From assembly GCA_964016885.1 (NCBI GenBank), contig OZ024744.1:131378001-131442000 (forward strand): 64,000 bases of DNA, given 5' to 3'. Below the pieces are notes generated by a model. It had not been told where the DNA came from, did no database searches, and saw only the letters and a list, made by a program, of their open reading frames with translations. The translations under genes and the position numbers were made by a program. This DNA comes from Eledone cirrhosa. Lineage: Eukaryota. Each line of letters begins with the position of its first letter. Positions within the stretch are counted from its first letter, which is position 1. Shown here piece by piece: positions 62,140-64,000 of the stretch.

Positions 62140-64000
62140 TCGGGGTTAAGTTAAGTCGGGGTTAAGTTAAGTTAGGGTTAAGTTAAGTTGGAGTTAAGTT
62201 AAGTTGGGGTTGAGTTAAGTTGGGGTTGAGTTAAATTGGGGTGGAGTTAAGTTGGGGTTGAGTTAAGTTGGTGTTGAATTAAGTTGGGGTTAAGTTAAGT
62301 TGGGGTTAAGTTAAGTGCAGTTAAGTTAAGTTGAGGTTAAGTTATGTAGGGGTTAAGTTAAGTTGGGGTTAAGTTAAGTTGGGGCTAAGTTAAGTTGGGG
62401 CTAAGTTAAGTTGGGGCTAAGTTAAGTTGGGGTTCAGTTAAGTTGGGGTTAAGTTAAGTTTGGGTTAAGTTGGGGTTAAATTAAGTTGGGGTTAAGTTAA
62501 GTTGGGGTTTAGTTAAGTTGGGGTTAAGTTAAGTTGGGGTTAATTTAAGTTGGGGTTAAGTTAAGTTGGGGTTAAGTTGGCGTTAAGTTAAGTTGGGGTT
62601 GAATTAAGTTGGGGTTGAGTTAATTTAGGGTTAAGTTAAGTTGGGGTTAAGTTAAGTTGGGTTTAAGTTAAGTTGGGGTTAAATTAAGTTGGGGTTAAAT
62701 TAAGTTCGGGTTAAGTTAAGTTGGGGGTAAGTTAAGTTGGTGTTAAGTTAAGTTGGGGTTAAGTTAAGTTGGGGTTAAGTTAAGTTGGGGTCAAGTTAAG
62801 TTGGGGTTAAAATTAAGTTGGGGTTAAGTCAAGTTGGGGTTAAGTTAAGTTTGAGTTAATTTAGTTGGGGTTAAGTTAAGTTGGGGCTAAGTTAAGTTGG
62901 GGCTAAGTTAAGTTGGGGCTAAGTTAAGTTGGGGTTAAGTTAAGTTGGGGTTAAGTTAAGGTGGGGTTAATTTAAGTTGGGGTCAACTTAAATTGGGGTT
63001 AAGTTAAGTTGGGGTTAAGTTAAGTTGGGGTTAAGTTAAGTTGGGGTTAAGTTAAGTTGGGGTTAAGTTAAGTTGGTGTTAAGTTAAGTTGGGGCTAAGT
63101 TAAGTTGGGGCTGAGTTAAGTTGGGGCTGAGTTAAGTTGGGGTTAATTTAAGTTGGGGTTGAGTTAAGTTGGGGTTAAGTTAAGTTGGGGTTAAGTTAAG
63201 TTGGGGTTGAGTTAAGTTGGGGTTAAGTTAAGTTGGGGTTAAGTTAAGTTGGGGTTAAGTTAAGTTGGGGTTAAGTTAAGTCGGGGTTAAGTTAAGTCGG
63301 GGTTAAGTTAAGTTAGGGTTAAGTTAAGTTGGAGTTAAGTTAAGTTGGGGTTGAGTTAAGTTGGGGTTGAGTTAAATTGGGGTGGAGTTAAGTTGGGGTT
63401 GAGTTAAGTTGGTGTTGAATTAAGTTGGGGTTAAGTTAAGTTGGGGTTAAGTTAAGTGCAGTTAAGTTAAGTTGAGGTTAAGTTATGTAGGGGTTAAGTT
63501 AAGTTGGGGTTAAGTTAAGTTGGGGCTAAGTTAAGTTGGGGCTAAGTTAAGTTGGGGCTAAGTTAAGTTGGGGTTCAGTTAAGTTGGGGTTAAGTTAAGT
63601 TTGGGTTAAGTTGGGGTTAAATTAAGTTGGGGTTAAGTTAAGTTGGGGTTTAGTTAAGTTGGGGTTAAGTTAAGTTGGGGTTAATTTAAGTTGGGGTTAA
63701 GTTAAGTTGGGGTTAAGTTGGCGTTAAGTTAATTTGGGGTTGAATTAAGTTGGGGTTGAGTTAATTTAGGGTTAAGTTAAGTTGGGGTTAAGTTAAGTTG
63801 GGTTTAAGTTAAGTTGGGGTTAAATTAAGTTGGGGTTAAATTAAGTTCGGGTTAAGTTAAGTTGGGGGTAAGTTAAGTTGGTGTTAAGTTAAGTTGGGGT
63901 TAAGTTAAGTTGGGGTTAAGTTAAGTTGGGGTCAAGTTAAGTTGGGGTTAAAATTAAGTTGGGGTTAAGTCAAGTTGGGGTTAAGTTAAGTTTGAGTTAA
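62140..64000 (+). repeat. Tandem duplication, unit 1141 bp, truncated by the window end
   Basis: GTGCAG 62315/63456 and TTCGGG 62705/63846. Confidence 0.82.

Larger units (their letters stand above)
1..64000 (+). repeat. Tandem satellite array, 16-bp consensus monomer GGGGTTAAGTTAAGTT (roughly 4,000 monomers); runs off both window ends
   Basis: The monomer repeats continuously from position 1 to 64000. Recurrent variants include GGGGCTAAG, GGGGTTGAG, GGGGTTCAG, GGGGTTAAT, GGGGTTAAA, GTCGGGG, TTAGGG, the 11-mer GGGGTTAAGTT and the 17-mer GGGGTTAAAATTAAGTT. No unique sequence was found. Confidence 0.99.

Noticed and set aside
1-64000. Protein-coding ORFs or a repetitive peptide
   Set aside because: Each monomer has two TAA on each strand (TTAA is palindromic), and the 16-bp period cycles them through all frames, so no meaningful ORF exists.
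1-64000. CRISPR array
   Set aside because: The repeats are contiguous with no unique spacers, no leader and no cas genes.
1-64000. Active telomerase-synthesised telomere tract
   Set aside because: Variants are inherited in duplicated blocks and orientation switches 44 times, whereas telomerase product is unidirectional. Scattered TTAGGG hexamers are single-base variants of TTGGGG.

Overview
The entire 64-kb window is one non-coding satellite array built on a 16-bp monomer, 5'-GGGGTTAAGTTAAGTT-3' (TTAAG+TTAAG+TTGGGG, about 37% GC, extreme G skew). It also contains 11-, 15- and 17-bp length variants and many point variants. No gene, RNA gene, CRISPR array or unique sequence is present; TAA stops recur in all six frames. 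About 85% of the array is G-rich on the + strand. It is interrupted by 22 reverse-orientation blocks of 377-489 bp (about 9.5 kb in total). These blocks share both junctions and internal variants, so they descend from one ancestral inversion module that was amplified by nested duplications (offsets measured from shared variants: 1141, 1696, 2193, 2677, 3940, 8455, 10123, 11948, 12375 and 13821 bp). The most informative signals are: co-varying 19-bp inverted ends in one module lineage; junction variants that make palindromes perfect; a near-mirror tract inside two modules; and two places where the module has been lost. This points to a fold-back or template-switch-prone eukaryotic satellite, possibly derived from a telomere motif. 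The organism and chromosomal location cannot be determined from the sequence alone. All coordinates and offsets were read by eye, not aligned computationally.
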